From assembly GCA_964575865.1 (NCBI GenBank), contig CAZNSZ010000002.1, positions 390 to 64,389 of the forward strand: a stretch of 64,000 nucleotides of DNA, given 5' to 3'. The position numbers were made by a program, and so were the translations under genes. Under the pieces are notes generated by a model, which did no database searches, was not told the DNA's origin, and saw only the letters and a program-made list of their open reading frames with translations. This DNA is from an uncultured Bacteroides sp. Its GTDB lineage: Bacteria > Bacteroidota > Bacteroidia > Bacteroidales > GCA-2748055. The stretch's first letter is position 1. Each line of letters starts with the position of its first letter. This document shows positions 8,286 to 16,883 of this stretch, one piece after another.

Positions 8286-8929
8286 TTGTTGTGACAGGTG
8301 AGACAGAGTTCGCTGTTCACATTGGACATATTCAGAAGATGGGGCACCCCGTACCGGTTGTGCACATCATGGCAGGATGCACACTCCATCCGTCCGTTGA
8401 ACAACAGATCGTTGTCAATGGTGCTGCCCAGGCCGCTGTTGGTTGTGGTGGGAGGAAAGAGCCCCCCGTCACTCACTGCCAGCGCATCGGTATAATCAAA
8501 GGAGATGGGATGATCGGTACTGAGATCGTTCCCGGCCACTCCACCGATGCGGGCAGACGGATCGATGAAATTGGTCCCGCTTGTAATCCCCCCGAAATTC
8601 TCCAGGGCAACGGTACCGTCGTGGCAGCTGAGGCAAAGGCGGGAACTGGCCCCGGGATCCGTAATGGAGGAGCTGCCATCGAAGGTGGGAGAATCGTACA
8701 GGGTGTACCCTGCCACCACCGTGGTCTCATGGTTCCACAGGGGAGCACTCAACAGGTTAATGGCCTGGTGGGTGGTATGACACACCCCGCAACCCCGGTT
8801 GGTGGACGGGGCCCAGGACTCGGTGGAAAAATCATGCGCGGTACCTGCGATCTGGGAAATCCCGGTTTGCCAGGCAGCCAGGCAGAAAAGAGCCAGCAAG
8901 ATCTGCCGGCAACGTGTGAAGGTGTTCAT
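8282..8929 (-). CDS. Tetrahaem c-type cytochrome (MHC4), first gene of operon
   Basis: Has a signal peptide. Motifs are CGVCH, CLSCH, CASCH and CLTCH. The N-terminal half is homologous to the N-terminus of MHC12 (CxxCHTxH ... PLWN ... YTLY ... LCLSCHDGT.AL ... DHPISF.Y). Confidence 0.9.
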   Translation of the reverse strand: MNTFTRCRQILLALFCLAAWQTGISQIAGTAHDFSTESWAPSTNRGCGVCHTTHQAINLLSAPLWNHETTVVAGYTLYDSPTFDGSSSITDPGASSRLCLSCHDGTVALENFGGITSGTNFIDPSARIGGVAGNDLSTDHPISFDYTDALAVSDGGLFPPTTTNSGLGSTIDNDLLFNGRMECASCHDVHNRYGVPHLLNMSNVNSELCLTCHNK

Positions 8930-9140
8930 AGCAAATAATTGTTAAATGTTGGAGTAAAGGGTGGATGTCTCTTGACCGAAAATACATGCCGGGGTGCAGT
9001 TTTCCGAGGTTCAAACGACTATCTTACAAAATTTTGGGCGGAATAAAAAGTATTCTGTTCTCAAACACGCTCCAACTGTTTCTCCCGAACACTTCTCAAA
9101 TCAGCAGATTTTAGCGACCTTTACCCGCTTAAACCGACCC

Positions 9141-10541
9141 ATGAGGGATCTGACACAGGGCAGCGAGGGCAGGAATATCTTCCGGTTTGCCATTCCCATG
9201 CTGGTGGGACACATGTTCCAGCAGCTCTATACGTTTGTGGACCAGATCATCGTGGGACGTTTCCTGGGAAAGGAAGCGCTGGCTTCGGTAGGCGCCTCCT
9301 TTCCGGTGATCTTCACCCTCATCGCCCTGATCATCGGGATCGCCACCGGGGGGACCATCGTCATTTCGCAATTCTTCGGAGCAAAGAATTACGACAAGGT
9401 GAAGCGGGCCATCGACACCATCTTCATTGTCATGGGAATCTTTGCGGTGATCATGACCGTGGTGGGCGTCACCTTCTCCGAGGAGATATTCCGTGCCATG
9501 AAACTCCCCGAGGAGCTGATGGACACGGCCAATACCTATTTCTCCATTTATGTATCCGGACTGGTGGTCTTTTTTGGGTACAACGGGGTGGCCGCGGTAC
9601 TCAGGGGGCTCGGGGATTCGACCACCCCGCTCTATTTCCTGGTGCTGGCCACCATACTGAACATCGGGCTGGACCTGCTCTTTATCGTCAAACTGGGAAT
9701 GGGCATTGAGGGGGCTGCCCTGGCCACCATCATTGCACAGGGGGTAGCCTTCGCGGTGGCGGTGGTATACCTGAACCACAACCATGAATTGATCCGTTTC
9801 AACATCAAGGAGTTCTCCTTCGACTGGGAGATCTTTAAGCAGAGCCTCCGCATAGGGCTCCCAACCGGTTTGCAGCAAACATTCGTTGCCCTTGGAATGG
9901 TGGCGCTCATGGGGATTGTGAACGGTTTCGGCACCAATGTGGTGGCTGCCTACACTGCTGCCGGCCGCCTCGACAGCCTTGCCATCATCCCCTCCATGGT
10001 GTTCTCCCAGGCCCTCTCTACCTTCGTGGGTCAGAACATCGGGGCCGGAAAGATCGAACGGGTCAGGAAAGGCCTGCACCGCACCATGCTGATGGCCTCG
10101 GGAACCGCCGTACTCATCACCCTGCTGGTCCTCATCTTCAGGGTTCCGCTCATGTCCCTTTTTACAGAGGATACGGCGGTGATCCGCACAGGAGGGGAGT
10201 ACCTGACCATCGTCACCTCCTTTTACCTCCTTTTCACGGGCATGTTCATTTACAGCGGGGTCATGCGGGGCGCCGGTGACACGCTCATTCCCATGTTCCT
10301 TACCCTGATCTCCCTATGGCTCGTCCGGATTCCTGCGGCACTCTTCCTGAGCAAGGAAAGCGTGGAACTCTTCGGCTTGACGATCAGGGGGGCCAACCTT
10401 GGTGAATCGGGGATCTGGTGGTCCATCCCCGCTGGCTGGGGCATCGGATTGCTGCTGTCCTTTCTCTATTACCGGACCGGCAGGTGGAAAACAAAGACCG
10501 TGGTCAAGGTGAAAGTGGAACCTGCGACCATCACCCGTTAG
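9141..10541 (+). CDS. MATE family efflux transporter
   Basis: Internal ATG at 9141 gives MRDLTQGSEGRNIFRFAIPMLVGHMFQQLYTFVDQIIVGRFLG, a typical MATE N-terminus. About 12 hydrophobic segments follow. Confidence 0.9.
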   Translation: MRDLTQGSEGRNIFRFAIPMLVGHMFQQLYTFVDQIIVGRFLGKEALASVGASFPVIFTLIALIIGIATGGTIVISQFFGAKNYDKVKRAIDTIFIVMGIFAVIMTVVGVTFSEEIFRAMKLPEELMDTANTYFSIYVSGLVVFFGYNGVAAVLRGLGDSTTPLYFLVLATILNIGLDLLFIVKLGMGIEGAALATIIAQGVAFAVAVVYLNHNHELIRFNIKEFSFDWEIFKQSLRIGLPTGLQQTFVALGMVALMGIVNGFGTNVVAAYTAAGRLDSLAIIPSMVFSQALSTFVGQNIGAGKIERVRKGLHRTMLMASGTAVLITLLVLIFRVPLMSLFTEDTAVIRTGGEYLTIVTSFYLLFTGMFIYSGVMRGAGDTLIPMFLTLISLWLVRIPAALFLSKESVELFGLTIRGANLGESGIWWSIPAGWGIGLLLSFLYYRTGRWKTKTVVKVKVEPATITR

Positions 10542-11085
10542 ACGGGGGGGAAGCGGGCTGTTCCACCTCGATGAGCGGTTCCAGGTCATACCCCCTCTTC
10601 ACAGCCCGGTCAAGCAGCATGCGGTAGACCACGGGGTCCATTTGCGGCGTTCTGCTCAGGATCCAGAAATAGCGCGGGCTCGAACTCCCGATCATGGCCC
10701 AGCGGTACCCTTTGTCCAGTTCAAGCACAAAATAATCACCATAGAAGAACAGAAAAAAGGAGACTTTCAGCTTACCTGGCTCACCGGGATCCGGAATCTT
10801 TGCTTTCCCCACCGCCCTGGAGAATTTGCCGTCCAGTGAACCTTTGTAACCGGCATTGACCACCTTGATCTTCCCGTCCTTCCGCATGCTGTAAGTGGCT
10901 GTGACCCCGGCCAGGTCCTTTTCAAAAGAATGGGGGAACCTGGCGATTTCGTACCAGGTCCCCAGGTAACGGTCCAGGTCCAGGGAATCAACGGTGGTGG
11001 TGTCTATCTGATTCATGGCGATGGGATTGGAACAGGATGCCATCAAAAGGAGAAGCAATCCTGCCGCGCATATGGATTTTGTCAT
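10531..11085 (-). CDS. blc: Bacterial lipocalin (Blc-type outer-membrane lipoprotein)
   Basis: Has the lipobox LLMASC and the lipocalin signature YLGTWYEIARFP. The size, about 180 aa, fits. Confidence 0.9.
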   Translation of the reverse strand: MTKSICAAGLLLLLMASCSNPIAMNQIDTTTVDSLDLDRYLGTWYEIARFPHSFEKDLAGVTATYSMRKDGKIKVVNAGYKGSLDGKFSRAVGKAKIPDPGEPGKLKVSFFLFFYGDYFVLELDKGYRWAMIGSSSPRYFWILSRTPQMDPVVYRMLLDRAVKRGYDLEPLIEVEQPASPPSNG

Positions 11086-11311
11086 ACATCAGTGATCTGT
11101 TCCGGTAAAGGTAGGGATTTGAATTGAAGCCGGATTGCTAAATGGATGTTAATCGATGCTTCCCGCTGTAACAGATCCCCCTGGTGATCGTCCTATAACC
11201 GGGGAATCCTAACATATTTTAACTTCTTTTGATTGTGAATCAATGCCTGATTGGCTAACTTGGATCGGATTTCCGAACGCACCGAAACCCTGAGAACCTG
11301 CTGTTAACCGG

Positions 11312-14300
11312 ATGAGTTTTCGAAGCTGCAGCCTTTTTGTATTGATCCTGCTACTGAGCATTCCGGGGTGGGGGCAGGAGGATTATGTGCGTTTTAAGAG
11401 GCTCACCATCAATGACGGACTCTCCCTCAGCTCCATTTATTGCATTTACCAGGACTCCAAGGGATTCATCTGGTTCGGCACCGAGGACGGTCTGAATAAA
11501 TTTGACGGGCAATCCATCACGGTGTACGGAGCCACCACAGATCAATACAACATCCTGGCCAACAAATGGATCGAATTGATCTATGAGGACAAATCCGGGA
11601 TGATCTGGCTGGGTTCGAGGGGCGGACTGACCAAATACAATCCCAGGAACGGCAATTTCTCCGTGATCAGGAACGATCCCTCCGATGCCCGGACACTCTC
11701 CAATGATACGGTGACCGCCATCACCACCGACCTGCAGAATGAGGTGTGGGTGGGAACGGTCAGGGGATTGAACCGGGTGAACCGGATCACCAACGAGGTG
11801 GAGAGGATCGAGCCGGATGAGCCGGAGCTGGCAGGGCTAGCCGGAACGATCACCTCGCTGATCCAGGATGAAGCCGGGGTGCTGTGGATCGGAACAGGAC
11901 AGGGTCTTTACAGCTACGATTACAAATCAAAACTGTTCTTCGCCGAGACAGCCGGAGACCTGATCAGCCCGGACACCCCCATCCGCTGCATGTCATACAG
12001 TGACAACAGCATCCTGCTCAATACCCCGGTGGGGCTGGTCAGGATGGACCTATCCATCGCCGGGGACCACGATCTGCTTTCGATTCCCCCAGAACTTCAA
12101 CAGGATGAGCAGGGGGTGATGTCCGTTCTTACCGACGAAACCGGGCAGGTATGGTTCCAGACCGGTAAGGGTCTCTTTTTGCTCAGAACGGAGACCGGCG
12201 AAGCCCGGCAGATCATCACTGCTGAGGGGACCACCCATTCCCTGGCCCTGCGGCCGGTCCCTCCCCTGATGACGGACCTCCAGGGATTTATCTGGTACGG
12301 AACATTCGGCGAAGGGGTATACCGGATCGATCCCGCCTCCCTGGAGGTCCGCCACTACGCCCACAATCCGGCAGATCCGCAGAGCCTCTCGGAGAATTCC
12401 GTCAACTGCATCTTTCAGGACCGCTCAGGGACCATGTGGTTCGGTACTTTCGGGGCCGGTGTCAGCATTCTGGATCCCCGTTCCAACAAGTTCACACTGT
12501 TCAAGAACGATCCTTTCAATCCCAACAGCATGGCCAGTTCATTTGTATGGACCGTGATGGAAACCTCTTCGGGAAACCTCTGGTTCGGCACCAATGCGCA
12601 CGGGATCAGCCGTTATAACCCACAAACCGGCATCTTCACCCATTATGACCATGATCCTGCCGATCCAGGCTCCCTGGCCCATTCTTCGGTCCGGAAACTT
12701 TACCAGGACAGCAGGGGCAGGATCTGGGTGGGGACCGACGGAGGGGGACTTGACCTTTTCCGCCCCCGGAGCGGGACCTTCACCCATTTCAGGCATGATC
12801 CGGACGATCCCTCCTCCATTTCAAGCAATTCGGTCCGTGCCATCTATGAGGATCCCAACGGCAGGATCTGGGTAGGGACCCGGGACGGTCTCAACCTGAT
12901 GGATGAAGCCAGCGGGACGTTTACCAGGTACCTGAGAGAGGCTCCCGGAGACGGCTCCCCTCCCCACAACTTCATCTACTCCTCCATCTACATGGACCAG
13001 GACAATATCCTCTGGGTGGGGACTTACGGGGGAGGTTTGTGCAGGTTCGATCCGGATGACGGCAGCTGCATCAGCTATCACCACGATCCGGATGATCCCA
13101 CCACCATTTCCGACAACATTGTGTACAGCATCTTCGAGGATCCTTATGGCAGGTTCTGGATCGGGACCAACAACGGGCTCAACATGTTTTACCCGGCCAC
13201 GGAGTCGTTCCGCAGGTTCGGTGTGGGAGAGGGACTGGCCAACGAGGTGATATACGGGGTGCTCCCGGATGATTTTAACCGCATCTGGCTCAGCTCCAAC
13301 ATGGGGATTTCCCGGTTCGACCTGGAAACCTTCCAGGTGAAGAATTTTGACATGAACGACGGACTTCAGAGCAATGAATTCAACGGCGGGGCCTTTCACA
13401 GGGGACACAGCGGGAAGCTTTATTTCGGAGGAGTATATGGCCTCAATGTGATCGATCCGGAAGCCATTGAACCCGACAGGAACGTGACCCAGGTCACCCT
13501 CACTAAACTGGAGGTGCTGGGCCAGGAGGTCCGGGTGGCGGGCGTGGAGCTGGAGGAGGAGTTCCTGGGCCATCCCGGACGTGTGGTGGAGCATGAAGGT
13601 GCCTTCTACAGCAAGGAAAACGTCACCTATATGGAGGAGATCGAACTGGATTACAAACACCGTTTCTTTTCCATTGAATTCTCGGCCCTGAACAACCTGC
13701 AGACCGGCAAACTGAGGTATTCCTACATCATGGAGAACCTGGAGGAGGACTGGAACAATGCGGGGAGCAGGAATTATGTTTCCTATGCCAACATGAAGGC
13801 AGGATCGTACCTGCTGAAGGTGGTGGCAGAGAATGCGGACGGGTTCAGGAGCGATCCGCCCATGCAGCTGAGCATTCTGATCACACCCCCCTTCTGGCTT
13901 TCGTGGTGGTTCATCCTGCTGGAGATCCTGGTGGCCACGGCCATTGCCATCATGATCTACATCTACCTGGTGAAGATCCGGACCAACCGGCTGCTCACCT
14001 TCCAGAACCAGCAGATCAGGGAGGCCAATGAAGCGCTGCGCGAATCCGAGAAGAACCTGATGGAACTGAATGCCACAAAAGACAAGTTCTTTTCCATCAT
14101 CTCCCATGACCTGAAGAATCCTTTCGCCAGTTTGCTCTCCATCAGCGAACTGATGGTGGAGAGTTTCGATGCCGCCGACCGGGAGGATCACAGGGCGGGA
14201 TTCAAAAAGATCAACAATTCGGTCAAACACCTCCTGGACCTGCTGGAGAACCTGCTCACATGGTCCAGGTCCCAGCGTGGCCGTATCAAATATGATCCCA

Positions 14301-14755
14301 CCCGCTTCAACCTGTCCACCCTGATCCAGGAGAATGTGAACCTGCATAAGCTGCTGGCGGAGAAAAAGGGGATCATGCTGCTTTCCCCCGATAACCGTGA
14401 TGTGTATGCCTACGGGGACCGCGACATGATCAACAGTGTCGTGCGGAACCTGATGACCAATGCGGTCAAGTTCACCGAAGCCAACAAACGGGTGGAGGTC
14501 AGGGTTGAGCCGGGCGAAGTTGAAGTGGCCGTAAGCGTGGTGGACGAAGGTGTCGGTATCGACAGTGAAAACCTGCAGAAGCTTTTCCGGATCGATGAGA
14601 AGTTCAAATCCACCGGTACCGCCGGGGAGCGGGGCACGGGACTGGGACTGATCATCTGCAGGGAATTCGTGGAAAAGCACGGTGGTCAGCTCAGGGTAAA
14701 AAGTGAACCGGGTCATGGAAGCACATTCACCTTCACCCTTCCCCTGGCCAACTGA
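11312..14755 (+). CDS. Sensor histidine kinase with large periplasmic two-component-regulator propeller/Y_Y_Y-type domain
   Basis: Has a signal peptide and many repeats of the G.IW.GT..GL..Y/F type. A single TM (WWFILLEILVATAIAIMIYIYLV) follows, then a coiled coil, the HisKA H-box FFSIISHDLKNP, and HATPase N/G boxes (NLMTNAVKF, GTGLGL). There is no receiver or AraC domain. Confidence 0.9.
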   Translation: MSFRSCSLFVLILLLSIPGWGQEDYVRFKRLTINDGLSLSSIYCIYQDSKGFIWFGTEDGLNKFDGQSITVYGATTDQYNILANKWIELIYEDKSGMIWLGSRGGLTKYNPRNGNFSVIRNDPSDARTLSNDTVTAITTDLQNEVWVGTVRGLNRVNRITNEVERIEPDEPELAGLAGTITSLIQDEAGVLWIGTGQGLYSYDYKSKLFFAETAGDLISPDTPIRCMSYSDNSILLNTPVGLVRMDLSIAGDHDLLSIPPELQQDEQGVMSVLTDETGQVWFQTGKGLFLLRTETGEARQIITAEGTTHSLALRPVPPLMTDLQGFIWYGTFGEGVYRIDPASLEVRHYAHNPADPQSLSENSVNCIFQDRSGTMWFGTFGAGVSILDPRSNKFTLFKNDPFNPNSMASSFVWTVMETSSGNLWFGTNAHGISRYNPQTGIFTHYDHDPADPGSLAHSSVRKLYQDSRGRIWVGTDGGGLDLFRPRSGTFTHFRHDPDDPSSISSNSVRAIYEDPNGRIWVGTRDGLNLMDEASGTFTRYLREAPGDGSPPHNFIYSSIYMDQDNILWVGTYGGGLCRFDPDDGSCISYHHDPDDPTTISDNIVYSIFEDPYGRFWIGTNNGLNMFYPATESFRRFGVGEGLANEVIYGVLPDDFNRIWLSSNMGISRFDLETFQVKNFDMNDGLQSNEFNGGAFHRGHSGKLYFGGVYGLNVIDPEAIEPDRNVTQVTLTKLEVLGQEVRVAGVELEEEFLGHPGRVVEHEGAFYSKENVTYMEEIELDYKHRFFSIEFSALNNLQTGKLRYSYIMENLEEDWNNAGSRNYVSYANMKAGSYLLKVVAENADGFRSDPPMQLSILITPPFWLSWWFILLEILVATAIAIMIYIYLVKIRTNRLLTFQNQQIREANEALRESEKNLMELNATKDKFFSIISHDLKNPFASLLSISELMVESFDAADREDHRAGFKKINNSVKHLLDLLENLLTWSRSQRGRIKYDPTRFNLSTLIQENVNLHKLLAEKKGIMLLSPDNRDVYAYGDRDMINSVVRNLMTNAVKFTEANKRVEVRVEPGEVEVAVSVVDEGVGIDSENLQKLFRIDEKFKSTGTAGERGTGLGLIICREFVEKHGGQLRVKSEPGHGSTFTFTLPLAN

Positions 14756-14810
14756 CCTTGTCCGTCTGCCACAATGAACCTTGGACATTAGCCCGTTCCA
14801 CCCTTTTTGC

Positions 14811-14818
14811 TAATTTTG
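14811..14818 (+). promoter_or_regulatory. Bacteroidota-type -7 promoter box TAATTTTG (TAnnTTTG) upstream of yicC
   Basis: Exact match to TAnnTTTG, 23 nt upstream of ATG 14841 in a short intergenic gap. The motif is short, so chance matches are expected elsewhere. Confidence 0.45.
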
Positions 14819-14840
14819 CGCTGAACGAGCAGAAGAACCG

Positions 14841-15716
14841 ATGATCCGATCCATGACAGGCTATGGGAAAGCCGAATGTATACTCCCCCGGAAAAAGCTG
14901 GCCATCGAAATCCGGTCCCTCAACAGCAAACAGATGGACGCCAGTGTCCGTGTTCCCTCCATTTACAAGGAGAAGGAACTGGAAATCCGTCAGATGATCG
15001 CGGCGGAGCTGGAGCGGGGAAAAGTCGAATGCACCCTGTTCCTTGAACTCAACGGGGAAGAGGGTCCTGCTGTGATCAATGAACCGGTCGTCCGGAAATA
15101 TTATGAACAGCTTTACCGGATATCCGGGGAACTGGGTCTTGAATCCTCACTGGAGCTGCTGGGTATGGTGATGAGAATGCCCGATGCACTGAGAACCGAA
15201 AAGGCGGAACTGGGCGAGGAGGAGTGGGCCGCGGTCCGGTCAGGGCTCCTGGAGGCCCTCGGCAAAGTGCAGCAGTTCAGGAACGATGAGGGGAAAGCCC
15301 TGGAGAGGGATCTGAAGGAAAGGGTGGAATCCATTTCCGCCAGGCTCGCACAGGTGGACCGGTACGAAGAGGAACGGATCCGCCAGATCCGGGAACGGAT
15401 AGGGAACAACCTTGCGGTCTTTCTGTCAAAGGATGAAGTGGACCAGAACCGGTTGGAGCAGGAGCTGATCTTCTACCTGGAGAAGCTGGATATCTCGGAA
15501 GAGAAAGTGAGGCTCTCCAAACATTGCAGTTATTTCCTGGAAACCATGGCCGAGGAGCGGACCGTGGGCAAAAAACTGGGCTTCATCTCCCAGGAGATGG
15601 GAAGGGAGATCAACACCCTCGGTTCGAAAGCCAACCACGCCGGGATCCAGAAGCTGGTGGTGGAGATGAAAGATGAACTGGAACGGATCAAGGAACAGGT
15701 CCTCAATGTCCTCTGA
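14841..15716 (+). CDS. yicC: YicC family stress-induced protein
   Basis: Has the N-terminus MIRSMTGYGKA and the conserved C-terminal FISQEMGREINTLGSKAN motif. Confidence 0.9.
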   Translation: MIRSMTGYGKAECILPRKKLAIEIRSLNSKQMDASVRVPSIYKEKELEIRQMIAAELERGKVECTLFLELNGEEGPAVINEPVVRKYYEQLYRISGELGLESSLELLGMVMRMPDALRTEKAELGEEEWAAVRSGLLEALGKVQQFRNDEGKALERDLKERVESISARLAQVDRYEEERIRQIRERIGNNLAVFLSKDEVDQNRLEQELIFYLEKLDISEEKVRLSKHCSYFLETMAEERTVGKKLGFISQEMGREINTLGSKANHAGIQKLVVEMKDELERIKEQVLNVL

Positions 15717-16282
15717 TGGCCGGTAAACTATTCATATTCAGCGCCCCGTCCGGATCAGGGAAATCCACCATCGTGCAGCACCTGATGGAACGGGACCTGG
15801 GGCTGGAATTCAGTATCTCGGCCACATCCAGGCCGCCCAGGGCAAATGAGCAGGACGGGAGGGAATATCATTTCCTCTCTCCGGATGCCTTCAGGGAGCG
15901 CATCAGCAGGGACGAGTTCGTTGAATGGGAGGAGGTCTACCCGGGGAAATATTACGGAACCCTGCGGAGCGAGCTGGACCGGATCTGGGCCGGAGGGAAC
16001 CATGCCCTGTTCGATATCGATGTGATGGGCGGCCTCAACCTGAAAAAACAGTTCGGTACACAGGCCTGTGCCATTTTCGTCAGTCCCCCTTCCATGGAAG
16101 TGCTGGAGCAGCGGCTCAGGTCCAGGGGCACCGATCCGGAAGCCTCCATCAGTGAACGGCTGGCCAAAGCAGAGGAGGAGATGCGGTTCGCCCCCCGGTT
16201 CGATCACATCCTGGTGAACGACCGGCTGGAAACCGCCCTGGAGGAGGCGGAGCAGCTGGTCAGAAACTTCCTGGCATCATGA
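15716..16282 (+). CDS. gmk: Guanylate kinase
   Basis: Has the P-loop SAPSGSGKST, TSRPPR.E..G..Y.F and typical length. The start overlaps the yicC stop. Confidence 0.93.
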   Translation: MAGKLFIFSAPSGSGKSTIVQHLMERDLGLEFSISATSRPPRANEQDGREYHFLSPDAFRERISRDEFVEWEEVYPGKYYGTLRSELDRIWAGGNHALFDIDVMGGLNLKKQFGTQACAIFVSPPSMEVLEQRLRSRGTDPEASISERLAKAEEEMRFAPRFDHILVNDRLETALEEAEQLVRNFLAS

Positions 16283-16854
16283 CCATCGGCCTCTATTTCG
16301 GCTCTTTCAATCCCATCCACATCGGGCACATGGCCATTGCCAATTACATGGTGGAGTACGGGGGACTGGACCAGCTCTGGTTTGTGGTAAGCCCGCAGAA
16401 TCCGCTGAAAGAGAAGAAATCGCTGCTGAAGGATTACCACCGGCTGGAAATGGTGAGGCTGGCCATCGAGGGGGACGACCGCCTCAGGGCCTCCGACATC
16501 GAGTTCCGCCTTCCCCGCCCCTCCTACACCATCGACACGCTGACTTACCTGGAAGAGAAACACCCGGATCATGAATTCCGGCTGATCATGGGTGCCGACG
16601 GGCTGAAGACCTTCCACAAATGGAAGCATGCGGACCTGATCGCCGGGAAATACCACCGGCTGATCTATCCCAGGCCCGGAACCGACCTATCGCTGTTCTC
16701 CCCGCTGAAGAACGCCACCATCGTCGACGCCCCCTTGATGGAGATCTCCTCCAGCTTCATCCGGAAAGCAGTCCGCCAGGGAAAGGACATCCGGCACCTG
16801 ATGCCCGCTGAGGCCTACCGCTACATGCGCGAGATGCACTTCTACGAGAATTGA
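16279..16854 (+). CDS. nadD: Nicotinate-nucleotide adenylyltransferase
   Basis: Has the GSFNPIHIGH (H/T)xGH motif and ISSSFIRK near the C-terminus. There is a 4-nt overlap with gmk. Confidence 0.92.
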   Translation: MTIGLYFGSFNPIHIGHMAIANYMVEYGGLDQLWFVVSPQNPLKEKKSLLKDYHRLEMVRLAIEGDDRLRASDIEFRLPRPSYTIDTLTYLEEKHPDHEFRLIMGADGLKTFHKWKHADLIAGKYHRLIYPRPGTDLSLFSPLKNATIVDAPLMEISSSFIRKAVRQGKDIRHLMPAEAYRYMREMHFYEN

Positions 16855-16883
16855 TCCGGAAATACGATTCAAATATCAATCAC

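Noticed and set aside
8994-9140. N-terminal extensions suggested by the ORF track: MATE from 8994, oxidoreductase alpha to 21526, LytTR regulator to 37669, barrel to 6629, MHC5 to 7195, sulfatase from 16851 and lon from 33920.
   Set aside because: The extensions overlap upstream genes or promoter boxes, lack family-typical sequence and often begin with non-ATG codons. Internal ATGs give canonical N-termini or signal peptides.
12821-14788. Very long antisense ORFs opposite real genes. Examples are 12821-14788 (-), 20150-21313 (+), 23385-25160 (+), 28704-29915 (+), 31189-32289 (-), 32559-34079 (-), 59520-61385 (+) and 16953-18002 (-).
   Set aside because: Their translations are low-complexity and rich in R/G/P/H/Q, with no recognisable motifs. 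The opposite strand encodes clearly identifiable proteins over the same span. This is typical of shadow ORFs in GC-rich DNA.
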